Shown here one piece after another: positions 1 to 9,378 of a stretch of 64,000 nucleotides of DNA. Source of the DNA: Candidatus Aenigmatarchaeota archaeon (lineage in GTDB: Archaea > Aenigmatarchaeota > Aenigmatarchaeia > Aenigmatarchaeales > Aenigmatarchaeaceae); contig JAZDKZ010000001.1 in assembly GCA_043802485.1 (NCBI GenBank), positions 32,001-96,000 on the forward strand, given 5' to 3'. Numbering within the stretch: position 1 is the first letter of the stretch; every line of letters starts with the position of its first letter. Under the pieces are notes generated by a model, which saw only the letters and a program-made list of their open reading frames with translations, was not told where the DNA came from and made no database searches. The position numbers and the translations under genes are program-made.

Positions 1-1
1 C

Positions 2-382
2 AGGGTGACCAAAGGTCTGCAGGTAGGCAGCTACATCGACTGTACTGACAACAGCGGAGCCAGTCAGCTTCAGATAATATCAGTAAAGGGCTATCATGGT
101 GTAAAGTCAAGATCGCCTCCGTGCGGAGTCGCTAGTTGGGTCATGTGCGCTGTGAAACAGGGAGAACCAAAGCTGAAGCACGAGGTGGTTTTCGCAGTCA
201 TCGTAAGGCAGAGGAAGGAGTACAGAAGAAAAAACGGGATGAGAGTAAAGTTCGAGGACAATGCTGCTGTACTAATAAATGAAAAAGGAGAGCCTAGGGG
301 AACAAAGATAAAAGGACCGATAGCAAAGGAAGTTGTCGAGAGATTTTCCCTGGTAGGCAAGATAGCAAGTATGGTGTTATGA
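2..382 (+). CDS. rpl14: 50S ribosomal protein uL14 (5'-truncated by window edge)
   Basis: DNSGA and FEDNAAVLIN motifs; first gene of the spc operon; frame is open to the window start. Confidence 0.97.
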   Translation, partial: RVTKGLQVGSYIDCTDNSGASQLQIISVKGYHGVKSRSPPCGVASWVMCAVKQGEPKLKHEVVFAVIVRQRKEYRRKNGMRVKFEDNAAVLINEKGEPRGTKIKGPIAKEVVERFSLVGKIASMVL

Positions 383-762
383 TGGTAACAAAAAAACCTA
401 GCAAACAGAGAAAGGCCTTGTATCAGGCGCCTTTGCACAGGAAGCACAAGCTGCTTTCTGCGCATGTGTCAAAAGAAGCAAGGGGTGTTGTCAAAAAAAG
501 GTCTTTGCCTGTCAGAAAAGGTGATGAGGTAAAGGTCATGAAGGGCAAGTTCAAGGGAACTGTTGGCAAGGTGTCAAGGATCAACATGAAGAGGCTGAAG
601 GTTTACATCGAGAATGTAAAGACCAAAAAGGCTTCGGGCGAGGAAGTCGCTGTTCCCATCAGGCCTTCAAACCTGTTAATACTTAATCCTGTCATGGATG
701 ATGGCAAGAGGATAAAGAGAAGGAGTGAAAAGAATGAAGATAAAAAGAATGTCAGCGCCTAG
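379..762 (+). CDS. rpl24: 50S ribosomal protein uL24
   Basis: KPSKQRKALYQAPLH, RKGDEVKVMKG KOW motif; synteny. Confidence 0.97.
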   Translation: MMVTKKPSKQRKALYQAPLHRKHKLLSAHVSKEARGVVKKRSLPVRKGDEVKVMKGKFKGTVGKVSRINMKRLKVYIENVKTKKASGEEVAVPIRPSNLLILNPVMDDGKRIKRRSEKNEDKKNVSA

Positions 763-1399
763 ATGGTGGCCTATCAAGAGAAAGGAGAGAAAGTTTGTAA
801 TCTCTGTTAGGGGCGCCCATCCAAAAGAGTTTTCACTGCCGCTATTGGTCTTGGTAAGGGACGTGCTGAAACTAGCAGAAACAAACAGGGAGGCAAGGAA
901 GATAATCAAGGAAGGACAGGTGCTGGTTGACAAGAAAAAGAGAAAGGACCCAAAGTATGGCATAGGCCTCTTTGATGTAGTGGACATACCTGCCACGAAA
1001 AAATCCTGGAGAGCTGTCCCGATAAATGGTCTCAGCTTCATCGAGATACCTGAGAGCGAATCCAAGCTGAAGATATGCAAGATAGTCGACAAGAAAACTC
1101 TGAAAGGCAACAAGAACCAGTTGAACCTGAATGACGGCAGAAACCTGTTGACAGACAAAAAATATGCCACTTATGATTCGTTAGTATTGGAAATGCCAGA
1201 GCAGAAGGTTGTCGACCACCTCAAATTCGAAACAGGTTCAACAGTGGTGGTTGTCGGGGGAAGCAATGCTGGCAAGACCGCAAAGATAAAGACGATAGAG
1301 AAGGATAGGCTCTGGCTTGACAATGGAAGCGTCTTCGAGATACCAAAGGACTTGGTTGTTGTTGTCGGCAGAGAGGAGCCGCTGATAAAGATAGAGTGA
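734..1399 (+). CDS. rps4e: 30S ribosomal protein eS4
   Basis: KRMSAPRWWPIKRK, GPH-like GAHPK, S4 domain; AGGAG SD before ATG 734. Confidence 0.96.
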   Translation: MKIKRMSAPRWWPIKRKERKFVISVRGAHPKEFSLPLLVLVRDVLKLAETNREARKIIKEGQVLVDKKKRKDPKYGIGLFDVVDIPATKKSWRAVPINGLSFIEIPESESKLKICKIVDKKTLKGNKNQLNLNDGRNLLTDKKYATYDSLVLEMPEQKVVDHLKFETGSTVVVVGGSNAGKTAKIKTIEKDRLWLDNGSVFEIPKDLVVVVGREEPLIKIE

Positions 1400-1404
1400 T
1401 GATT

Positions 1405-1905
1405 ATGAACGCTATGAGGAATATCAGAATTGAAAAAGTGACCATAAACATAGGCTGTGGAGAATCCGGGGAAAAACTAGACAAGGCCATAATGCTGCTT
1501 GGACAGCTGACCAGCAAAAAGATTATTTCCACAAAGACACATGGAAGAACAACTTTTGGTTCTGCCAAGGGAAGGCCGATAGGCTGTAAGGTCACGCTGA
1601 GAGGAAACGGCGCCAAAGAGTTTTTGGTAAAGGCTTTCGAGGCAGTAGAGAACAAGCTTTCGAAGAAAGTTTTCGACGCAACAGGCAACTTTTCCTTCGG
1701 CATAAAGGAGCACATTGACATTCCTGGGATGGAGTATGATCCTGAGATCGGCATCTGGGGCATGGACGTCTGCGTCACTTTGGAAAGGCCAGGATACAGC
1801 GTGAAGAGAAAGAGGCTTTCCAGAAAGGTCGGTAAGAAACATCTGATAAAGCCGGAAGAATCCTTGGAATGGGTCACAAAGAATTACAAGGTTGAGATTA
1901 TATGA
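1405..1905 (+). CDS. rpl5: 50S ribosomal protein uL5
   Basis: IEKVTINIG, IGCKVTLRG, FDATGNFSFGIKEHIDIPG. Confidence 0.97.
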   Translation: MNAMRNIRIEKVTINIGCGESGEKLDKAIMLLGQLTSKKIISTKTHGRTTFGSAKGRPIGCKVTLRGNGAKEFLVKAFEAVENKLSKKVFDATGNFSFGIKEHIDIPGMEYDPEIGIWGMDVCVTLERPGYSVKRKRLSRKVGKKHLIKPEESLEWVTKNYKVEII

Positions 1906-2270
1906 GCAACGTAGTTTTCATTTCAATAATACTTATTGTAATCGGTATAGTTTTTGTCATACAAGAGTTTAGTATGAAGGAAGACGAGAAATATGAATTC
2001 TCGTTTACAGATAGTATAGAACCAGAGGAGCGCTTTGTGGCATGCGACAATGTTGACGATTGCTTCAAGTTCAAGGGATCAGCATGCCCAGCATATGCTG
2101 GCGGTACAGAGGTTTGTATCAACAAGAACTTTGTACAGGAATACAACTCGGTGATAGAGGAAAAGACAGGGCTGAACCTTGAGATAAAATGCCCTGGAAC
2201 AGACCTTTCAACCGACATGATATGTGAGTGCATAGACAAAAGATGCGTATTGACTGATGTGATATTATGA
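1902..2270 (+). CDS. hypothetical membrane-anchored Cys-rich extracellular protein inserted between rpl5 and rps14
   Basis: N-terminal hydrophobic helix, 8 Cys; ATGA overlaps with both neighbours. Confidence 0.75.
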   Translation: MSNVVFISIILIVIGIVFVIQEFSMKEDEKYEFSFTDSIEPEERFVACDNVDDCFKFKGSACPAYAGGTEVCINKNFVQEYNSVIEEKTGLNLEIKCPGTDLSTDMICECIDKRCVLTDVIL

Positions 2271-2419
2271 TAAAGAAGGAAAGAAAATTCGGCAGAGGAA
2301 GCAGGTCCTGCAGACGCTGCGGTAGGCACGGAGGCCTTATAAGAAAATACGGCTTGCTCTATTGCAGGCAGTGCTTTAGAGAAGTCGCCAAGGAGCTAGG
2401 GTTTAAAAAATATTCGTGA
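2267..2419 (+). CDS. rps14: 30S ribosomal protein uS14 (zinc type; not in ORF track)
   Basis: manual translation [50 protein letters not shown]. Confidence 0.97.
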   Translation: MIKKERKFGRGSRSCRRCGRHGGLIRKYGLLYCRQCFREVAKELGFKKYS

Positions 2420-2424
2420 TAATT

Positions 2425-2811
2425 ATGAAATTCGATTTACTATCAGACGTCATGTCTGCAATAAAGAACGGGGACAAGGCTGGTAAGAGCAAGACTATCA
2501 TGCCTTCATCAAAGTTGGTGAAAGAAGTCTTGCTTATTTTGCAAAAGCACAAGTACATCGGGGACTTTGAGTACATCGATGACAATTATGGAGGCAGATT
2601 CCAGATACAACTTATCGGAAAGATCAATGACTGCAATGCCATAAGGCCGAGGTACTATGCAAAGGTCGAGGACTATGAAAAGTTCGAGAAAAGATTTTTG
2701 CCAGCTGCAGGCATGGGCTTCATCATAGTCTCTACGTCAAAGGGCATGATGATACATTCTGATGCAAAGGAGAAAAACCTTGGAGGAACACTCCTTGGTT
2801 ACATATACTAG
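2425..2811 (+). CDS. rps8: 30S ribosomal protein uS8
   Basis: DLLSDVMSAIKN, IVSTSKGMMIH, GGTLLGYIY. Confidence 0.97.
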   Translation: MKFDLLSDVMSAIKNGDKAGKSKTIMPSSKLVKEVLLILQKHKYIGDFEYIDDNYGGRFQIQLIGKINDCNAIRPRYYAKVEDYEKFEKRFLPAAGMGFIIVSTSKGMMIHSDAKEKNLGGTLLGYIY

Positions 2812-2818
2812 TGATTTT

Positions 2819-3343
2819 ATGGAAAAAGCAGTAGAGATACCAGAAAAGATAGAAGTTGAGATTGAGAACTTCAAAGCAAACGTAAAGGGACCAAAGGGTT
2901 CCATGGAAAGAGACTTTTACAGCCCTCTTTTCAAGAAGGACATCACGATTAAAAAGGAAGACAGAGTGATAATCATAGCCACGGATTCCAAGAGAAGAAA
3001 AGTAAAGGCAATGCTCGGGACGATTGAATCGCATTTGAAGAACATGTTCGAGGGCCTGACTGACGGCTATACCGTTAAATTGAAAATAGTCTACATGCAC
3101 TTTCCGTTTACGATGAAGATGGAGGGAAAGGAAATATACGTGAACAACTTTTTGGGAGAGAAAAAGCCCAGAAAGACTAATATTGTTGGCGACTGCAAGG
3201 TCGAGATAAAGGGAGACGAGGTGACTGTGACAGGCATTAACAAGGAGGACGTTGGCCAGACCTCAGCAAATCTGGAGAGAGTAACCAAAATAAGGAAAAG
3301 AGATAGGAGAGTCTTCCAGGACGGCATTTTCAGATTAAAGTGA
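2819..3343 (+). CDS. rpl6: 50S ribosomal protein uL6
   Basis: VKGPKG, YMHFP, NFLGEK, RDRRVFQDGIF. Confidence 0.97.
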   Translation: MEKAVEIPEKIEVEIENFKANVKGPKGSMERDFYSPLFKKDITIKKEDRVIIIATDSKRRKVKAMLGTIESHLKNMFEGLTDGYTVKLKIVYMHFPFTMKMEGKEIYVNNFLGEKKPRKTNIVGDCKVEIKGDEVTVTGINKEDVGQTSANLERVTKIRKRDRRVFQDGIFRLK

Positions 3344-3347
3344 TTTT

Positions 3348-3770
3348 ATGAACAAACTAAAACTCAGGACAAAGCTAAAGAGAAAAAAGCCAAAGTTCGA
3401 GAGGCCGGGCGAGAAGACGTTCAAGAGGGTAAAGCATGGGTGGAAGAACCCGCACGGCAACCAGTCAAAGCTCAGAAAGCACAAAAAGTCTAGGGGCTAT
3501 TTGCCAAGGCCTGGTTACGGCTCGCCGAAGGAAGTTAGGAACCTTCATCCTTCCGGTTTCGAGGAAGTGCTAGTGCACAATGTAAAGGAATTAGAAAAGA
3601 TAGATACAAAGAAGCAGGCATGTAGGATTGCGTCCAAAGTCGGCAAGAAGAAGGGCTTTGAGATAATGAAAAAAGCCGGAGAAATGAAGATTAAAGTTTT
3701 TAACCCTTTGAAGCAAGAAGCTAAAAATGTCGAGAAGAAAGAAACAAAGAAGGAAAAGAAAAAGGTGTGA
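3348..3770 (+). CDS. rpl32e: 50S ribosomal protein eL32
   Basis: KPKFER, WKNPHG, GYGSPKEVRNLHPSG. Confidence 0.96.
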   Translation: MNKLKLRTKLKRKKPKFERPGEKTFKRVKHGWKNPHGNQSKLRKHKKSRGYLPRPGYGSPKEVRNLHPSGFEEVLVHNVKELEKIDTKKQACRIASKVGKKKGFEIMKKAGEMKIKVFNPLKQEAKNVEKKETKKEKKKV

Positions 3771-3772
3771 TT

Positions 3773-3934
3773 ATGTACCTTGTCGGTAAAAAAAGATGCC
3801 CGCATTGCGGTGTAAAGGGGAACTCCTGGAAGAAAGGTCTAGATGTTCTTGTATGCCCGAGTTGCAGCGTCTTTTTCAACGAGTTCGGTATAGTGCTTCA
3901 GCCCGAAACCAGCAAAAGGAGTTTATTTTTATGA
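3773..3934 (+). CDS. small zinc-ribbon protein, 53 aa (not in ORF track)
   Basis: MYLVGKKRCPHCGVKGNSWKKGLDVLVCPSCSVFFNEFGIVLQPETSKRSLFL; fills the rpl32e-rpl19e gap, ATGA overlap with rpl19e. Confidence 0.8.
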   Translation: MYLVGKKRCPHCGVKGNSWKKGLDVLVCPSCSVFFNEFGIVLQPETSKRSLFL

Positions 3935-4350
3935 ACGTCCAAAAGAAGCTTGCTGCAAAGGTAATGAAATGTGGGGTTGAAAAGGTGTGGCTAGACCCGA
4001 AGAATGAGAAAGTAAAGCAGGCCATAACCAGAAGGGACATTAGGAGATTCATAAAAGAGGGAGCAATCAAAAAGCTGCCATCAAAAAAGAAAAAGAAGTT
4101 GTCCTCAACGTCCCAGCAAAAGATGGGCAGCAGAAAGGGGGCAAAGGGAGCAAGAAGGGGTAAGAAGAGCGCTTGGTTAAGGGTTATCAGGCCGCAGAGG
4201 AAGCTTATCCGAGAACTCAAAGACCAAAAGAAACTCGAACCCAATACTTACAGAAGGATTTACAGGCTTGTCAAGGGAGGCATGTTCAGAAGCAAGACAC
4301 ACTTGACAAACTATTTGAAGGATAAAAAAATGCTAAGGGGAGAAAAATGA
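3931..4350 (+). CDS. rpl19e: 50S ribosomal protein eL19
   Basis: QKKLAAKVMKCG.KVWLDP, GSRKGAKGAR, YRLVKGGMF; start at ATG 3931. Confidence 0.96.
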   Translation: MNVQKKLAAKVMKCGVEKVWLDPKNEKVKQAITRRDIRRFIKEGAIKKLPSKKKKKLSSTSQQKMGSRKGAKGARRGKKSAWLRVIRPQRKLIRELKDQKKLEPNTYRRIYRLVKGGMFRSKTHLTNYLKDKKMLRGEK

Positions 4351-4838
4351 AAAGATCAAGATACCTGATGCCTTTCAAAAGGAGAAGGGAAAAGAAAACA
4401 GACTACAAGAAAAGGCTAGCCCTGCTAAAGTCAGGCAGCACCAGGCTTGTTATCAGGAAGAGCCTGTCGAACATAACCGTTCAGTTCGTCAGCTATGTGC
4501 CAGAGGGTGACAAGACGCTTGTCTGTGCCTTTTCAACCGAGCTCAAAAAGTTCGGATGGGAGAAGAACGGCAACGTTCCGGCTGCCTACCTTACAGGTCT
4601 GTTGGCAGGCAAGAAGGCAAAGGAGAAAAAAATAGAAAGCGCTGTATTGGATACTGGTTTGCAATCATCAACAAAAGGCTCGAGGATATATGCTGCACTA
4701 AAGGGCGTTTTGGATTCAGGCGTGTCTGTTCCTCATTCGGAGGAAATCCTTCCAAGCGAGGACAGGATAAAGGGACAGCACATATCAGATGATACTGTTA
4801 AAAAATTTGAGGAAGCAAAAAAGAAGATAGTTGGTTAA
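4347..4838 (+). CDS. rpl18: 50S ribosomal protein uL18
   Basis: RRREKKTDYKKRLALL, NVPAAYLTG. Confidence 0.97.
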   Translation: MKRSRYLMPFKRRREKKTDYKKRLALLKSGSTRLVIRKSLSNITVQFVSYVPEGDKTLVCAFSTELKKFGWEKNGNVPAAYLTGLLAGKKAKEKKIESAVLDTGLQSSTKGSRIYAALKGVLDSGVSVPHSEEILPSEDRIKGQHISDDTVKKFEEAKKKIVG

Positions 4839-4839
4839 C

Positions 4840-5799
4840 ATGGCAGAAGAAAAAACAAAAGAAAAAGAAGAGAAACCCAAGGCAAAGTCTGAAGTAAAGA
4901 AAGAACAAAAGGCTGAGAAGAAAGCCGAACCTAAACCTGAAAAGGCAAAAGCTAAAAAGCCAGTTGAAAAGAAAGAAGAACAAAAGGTCGAAGCTCCTAA
5001 AGAAGAACCAAAGAAAGAATATGTGCCGTCGGGTAGAGGTGGTAGGGACAGGAGAGGCAGAGGAAGGAGCAGAGGTAAAAGGGAGTATGCCAAGGAAGAG
5101 GTCAACTACACTTCGTGGAAGCCAAAGACTGTGCTGGGCAAGAAGGTACTGTCAGGCGAGATAAAAGACATAAACATGGTCTTTGCAGAGGGTATGAAGA
5201 TTCTCGAGCCTGCTATTGTTGACATACTGCTTCCTGATCTGGAACAGGATGTCATATTCATTGGTGGTTCAACTGGAAAGGGCGGAGGCATAAGGAGAAC
5301 CCCGTTCAAGAGGACTTCAAGGATGCACAAGAGCGGAAGAAGGTACAGGATGTCTGTTATGGCCGTAGTCGGCAACAAGAACGGCTTTATTGGGATAGGA
5401 GTGGCAACAAGCCCTGCAGGAAAACACAGGGAAGCCATACAAAAGGCCACGAACAAGGCAAAGCTCAATATAATCCCCATAGCAAGAGGCTGCGGTTCTT
5501 GGGAATGTTTATGCGAGACAAGACACTCGATACCGTTCACAGTGGATGGCAAGAGAGGTTCTGTCATAGTAAACCTGATTCCTGCGCCAAAGGGAATCGG
5601 CCTTTGCGTTTCCAACGAAATAAAGAAGGTGATGAAACTTGCCGGCATAAGCGACATATGGTGCAAGTCCAGGGGAAACACCAAGATGAGGATAAACTTT
5701 GTAATGGCAGTCTTCAGCGCGCTCAAGAAGCTTAATACTTACAAGATAAAGCCAGAGTTCGAAAAGAACGTCGGTATGACAGTAGGAAAGGTAGAGTAA
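4840..5799 (+). CDS. rps5: 30S ribosomal protein uS5 with long K/E-rich and RG-repeat N-terminal extension
   Basis: WKPKTVLG, RGCGSWEC, LIPAPKGIGL. Confidence 0.96.
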   Translation: MAEEKTKEKEEKPKAKSEVKKEQKAEKKAEPKPEKAKAKKPVEKKEEQKVEAPKEEPKKEYVPSGRGGRDRRGRGRSRGKREYAKEEVNYTSWKPKTVLGKKVLSGEIKDINMVFAEGMKILEPAIVDILLPDLEQDVIFIGGSTGKGGGIRRTPFKRTSRMHKSGRRYRMSVMAVVGNKNGFIGIGVATSPAGKHREAIQKATNKAKLNIIPIARGCGSWECLCETRHSIPFTVDGKRGSVIVNLIPAPKGIGLCVSNEIKKVMKLAGISDIWCKSRGNTKMRINFVMAVFSALKKLNTYKIKPEFEKNVGMTVGKVE

Positions 5800-5800
5800 A

Positions 5801-6226
5801 ATGTACGCTATAATCAGACTAAGAGGCTCGATAAATCTGAGAAATGAAGTCAAGGACACCTTCAAGATGATGAGGATGCATAGGAAGATGCATTGTGTTG
5901 TCCTGAAGGAGACTGACATAGTCAAGGGCATGCTACAGAAGGTAAAGGACTGGTCTACATGGGGAGAGATAGACGATAATGTTTTCAAGCATCTTGTCGA
6001 GAAGAGAGGCAGAAAGGTTGGTGATGTTCGACTTTCAAAGGAAGACGCTGCGAACGTAATAAATACTCTGAAAGAAAAAGGCAAGGTTCCAGAGGGAATA
6101 AAACCTGTCTTTAGATTATCACCGCCGTCCAAAGGTTTCAAAAAATCGATAAAGCAGCACTATCCCAAAGGCGAGCTTGGCTACAGGGGCAAGGAGATCA
6201 ATGCTTTGTTGAAGAGGATGATTTAG
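5801..6226 (+). CDS. rpl30: 50S ribosomal protein uL30
   Basis: AIIRLRG, FRLSPPSKGF, GELGYRG. Confidence 0.97.
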   Translation: MYAIIRLRGSINLRNEVKDTFKMMRMHRKMHCVVLKETDIVKGMLQKVKDWSTWGEIDDNVFKHLVEKRGRKVGDVRLSKEDAANVINTLKEKGKVPEGIKPVFRLSPPSKGFKKSIKQHYPKGELGYRGKEINALLKRMI

Positions 6227-6640
6227 ATGGTTGTAAGAAGAGACAGGAAAATCAGAAGGCAAAGAGCCACAAGAACGTGCGGCTACGGCAGCACCAAGAA
6301 GCACAGAGGAAAGGGCTCAAGAGGCGGAAGAGGAAAGGCAGGTCTGCACAAGCAGAAGAAGACATGGATGATTAACAACGATCCCAACCACTATGGCAAG
6401 AAGGGCTTTATCATACACACAGACGCAAGGAATGCGGTAAGGTCCATAACGCTGAGGGACTTGGACGTCCTTGCAAGGAAGATGAAGAAGACCGAACTTA
6501 ATGTTTCTGAATTGGGTTTTGACAAGGTGATTTCAAAGGGCAGTTTAACTCAGCCTTTGACGATAAAGGCAAACAAGATAACAGAAAGGGCAAAGCAGAG
6601 GATTGAGGAGTCAGGTGGAAAGGTGATCGTGGATGTTTGA
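6227..6640 (+). CDS. rpl15: 50S ribosomal protein uL15
   Basis: RTCGYG.KKHRGKGSRGGRGKAG. Confidence 0.97.
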   Translation: MVVRRDRKIRRQRATRTCGYGSTKKHRGKGSRGGRGKAGLHKQKKTWMINNDPNHYGKKGFIIHTDARNAVRSITLRDLDVLARKMKKTELNVSELGFDKVISKGSLTQPLTIKANKITERAKQRIEESGGKVIVDV

Positions 6641-8165
6641 TTGGGTCGGACTTGCAGAAATGATACCAACAGTCATTAGTCCTACAGGAAAACTGACTTT
6701 CAGAGAAAAGGCCAAATGGACGCTGATAATACTTGTCATGTTCTTCGTTTTAGGCTCCATAACCGTATGGGGCATAAACCCTGACGCAGTCGCCCAGTTC
6801 GAGTTTCTGGAAATCGTCTTCGGTTCTAAATTCGGTTCGATAATAACGCTCGGTATCGGACCAATCGTAACATCATCTATAATACTTCAGCTCATAGTGG
6901 GCAGCGGCATAATAAACTGGAACCAGCAGACAGAGGAAGGCAAGAAAAAGTTCAGCGCAGCGCAGAAGATATTGACTATTTTATTCTGTATTATACAGGG
7001 AATCGCATATGTTGTCGCAGGGGCAGTGCCTCCGGTAAGCCCCGACATGGTCACTACTGCTTTCGTCATACTGCAGCTAACAGTGGGTGGAATAGTGATA
7101 ATGTACATGGACGAGGTCGTGTCCAAGTGGGGCTTTGGCTCAGGAGTTTCCCTGTTCATAGCAGCCGGTGTGGCCAAGACGATAATGCTCAGGACTTTCA
7201 ACCCGTTGAGCCAGGCCGGAGCCTTTCCAGACCTGAGCATCGGCGAGATTCCTGCAGGGATAATACCTGGTTTCATAGCGTCTTTCATGGACGGCAACCC
7301 GGCATTCCTGTCGCTGCTACCTCTGGTAGCTACTCTAGTGGTCTTCATTGTTACTGTCTACATACAGGACGTGAGGGTAGAGGTGCCCATGGCATTCTCA
7401 ATGCCTTTCGGCAAGTTTGCGGCAAGAAGATGGCCCTTGAAATTCCTTTACACGTCCAACATACCGGTCATTCTTGCGGCTGCTGTGATTGCCAACATGC
7501 AGGTGCTGGGCAAGATACTTTCCCAAAGAGGCATCACTATTTTAGGAACATATGACGCGCAGGGCTCTGCCACAGGAGGCATGATGTATTACCTGTCCGC
7601 GCCTTCTGGCGAGGTCGGATTAATCATAGTCACAGTATTGGCAAGCATATTCGCGCTGGTTTTCGCCATAATGGCAATAAAGAACCTGAAAAAGTACACA
7701 AAGAGGATGAGCGCTCTGGGCGCCATTACAGGCATAGTCCTAGGATACATCCTGATTTCATACATGGGCATGTCAATACCTGCCACAACAGTTGTCAGAG
7801 CCATGACATACATGATGGTTTTCATAATAGCTTCGGTCATATTCTCGATATTCTGGACCAGCACTGCCGGGATGGACGCAAAGTCTGTGGCAGAACAGTT
7901 CAAGTCATACTCGATAATGATTCCAGGCTTCAGGCACGACCCAAGAATATTCGAAAAGGTCCTGAGCAGGTACATACCTGTTCTTACAATTCTAGGCGGA
8001 GCATTCGTTGGGTTCCTAGCCACGTTTGCAGACCTGACTTCTGCCATAGGCTCTGGTACAGGTATCCTGCTTACAGTTATGATTGTCTATCAGTTCTATG
8101 AGCAGATAATGCAGCAGCACGGCGACGACATACCGCCTTCAATAAGGAAATTCCTAGGTGCCTGA
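6633..8165 (+). CDS. secY: preprotein translocase subunit SecY
   Basis: LGIGPIVTSSIILQL, SKWGFGSGVSLFI, LYTSNIPVIL, GSGTGILLTV. Confidence 0.98.
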   Translation: MFDWVGLAEMIPTVISPTGKLTFREKAKWTLIILVMFFVLGSITVWGINPDAVAQFEFLEIVFGSKFGSIITLGIGPIVTSSIILQLIVGSGIINWNQQTEEGKKKFSAAQKILTILFCIIQGIAYVVAGAVPPVSPDMVTTAFVILQLTVGGIVIMYMDEVVSKWGFGSGVSLFIAAGVAKTIMLRTFNPLSQAGAFPDLSIGEIPAGIIPGFIASFMDGNPAFLSLLPLVATLVVFIVTVYIQDVRVEVPMAFSMPFGKFAARRWPLKFLYTSNIPVILAAAVIANMQVLGKILSQRGITILGTYDAQGSATGGMMYYLSAPSGEVGLIIVTVLASIFALVFAIMAIKNLKKYTKRMSALGAITGIVLGYILISYMGMSIPATTVVRAMTYMMVFIIASVIFSIFWTSTAGMDAKSVAEQFKSYSIMIPGFRHDPRIFEKVLSRYIPVLTILGGAFVGFLATFADLTSAIGSGTGILLTVMIVYQFYEQIMQQHGDDIPPSIRKFLGA

Positions 8166-8807
8166 ATGAGACTGATTCTTTTAGGGATAAGATGTTCTGG
8201 CAAGGGTACTTGCGCCTCAAGGCTGAGCTCCAAGTTGGGAATACCCCACATATCAACAGGCGAGATATTCAGGTCCAACATAAGTAAGGGAACCCTCTTG
8301 GGGAAGATGACAAAGGAAATTTACAACAAGGGAGGGCTCGTGCCGGATGACATAACGCTTGAGGTTGTTGGGAAAAGGCTGAAAGAACCTGACTGCAAAA
8401 ACGGCTTCATACTGGACGGTTTTCCAAGGACAGTTAATCAGGCCAAAGGTCTAGAGGAGATGGAGAAGATAGACCATGTAATCTATCTTGATGTTGATGA
8501 GGACATTGTTTTGAAGAGGCTCTTGTCAAGAGTTGTGTGCAAGGAATGTGGTGATATTTACAACACTGAACTGATGAAGCCCAAAAAGGAAGGCGTGTGC
8601 GACAAGTGCGGAGCCGAACTGCACCAGAAGGCTGACGACAAGCCAGAAGCAGCAAAACACAGGATTGAAGAGGATGATAAAAATTTAAAACCCTTGATGG
8701 AATACTATAAAGACAAGGGAATACTTAGAATCATCGGATGCGAGAAGGTGGATCTGGACCCTGATATTTTAATAAGCAGAATAATGGAAAAAATAAAGGT
8801 GGAATGA
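8166..8807 (+). CDS. adk: adenylate kinase (bacterial-type fold, zinc LID)
   Basis: GxxxSGKGT, HISTG, GFILDGFPRT, CKEC...CDKC; follows secY. Confidence 0.92.
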   Translation: MRLILLGIRCSGKGTCASRLSSKLGIPHISTGEIFRSNISKGTLLGKMTKEIYNKGGLVPDDITLEVVGKRLKEPDCKNGFILDGFPRTVNQAKGLEEMEKIDHVIYLDVDEDIVLKRLLSRVVCKECGDIYNTELMKPKKEGVCDKCGAELHQKADDKPEAAKHRIEEDDKNLKPLMEYYKDKGILRIIGCEKVDLDPDILISRIMEKIKVE

Positions 8808-8808
8808 T

Positions 8809-9378
8809 ATGGAAAGAACATTTGTGATGGTAAAGCCTGACGGCATGAGAGGCAAGCTTGCAGGCGATATAATAAAGAGATATCACGAGGCCGGTCTGAG
8901 GATAGTTGGCATGAAAGTCGTTTTTCCTGACAGGGAACTGGCAGAAAAGCACTATCCTTGCCATGACGCGCAAATCATTGGCATGGGCAAAAGAACGAAA
9001 GAGTCTCTGGAAGAATTAGGCAGGACAGAGGACATGTATGACATGTTCAACAGCGACAATCCAAGGGAGATAGGTCTTATCCTCCGCCAGTGGCTGATAG
9101 AGTATGTGACATCCCATCCTGTAATTGCGATGGTTCTTGAGGGGGACAATGCGATAAAGTCGGTCAGGAAGCTTACAGGTTCCACCATACCGGCAAAGGC
9201 GGAGAAGGGAACCATTAGGGGCGACTTGGGATGCGACACAGCCGAAAAGGCCAACGATGAAAGGCGCGCCATAGAAAACTTGGTCCATGCATCAGGAAGC
9301 CTTGATGAAGCGCAAAGGGAAATAGATTTATGGTTTAGGGAAGAAGAGATAATAAGCTACGAGGGTGCAAAAGAATGA
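8809..9378 (+). CDS. ndk: nucleoside-diphosphate kinase
   Basis: ERTFVMVKPDG, GTIRGD, NLVHAS. Confidence 0.95.
   Translation: MERTFVMVKPDGMRGKLAGDIIKRYHEAGLRIVGMKVVFPDRELAEKHYPCHDAQIIGMGKRTKESLEELGRTEDMYDMFNSDNPREIGLILRQWLIEYVTSHPVIAMVLEGDNAIKSVRKLTGSTIPAKAEKGTIRGDLGCDTAEKANDERRAIENLVHASGSLDEAQREIDLWFREEEIISYEGAKE

Noticed and set aside
3796..3930. N-terminal extension of eL19 suggested by the ORF track
   Set aside because: The interval is better explained by the zinc-ribbon ORF in another frame, and eL19 homology begins at ATG 3931. Similar over-extended starts were trimmed for rpl6, kae1, proS and psmB.
4840..5020. A/G-rich low-complexity tracts as DNA repeats
   Set aside because: They reflect Lys/Glu codons and show no exact periodic unit.
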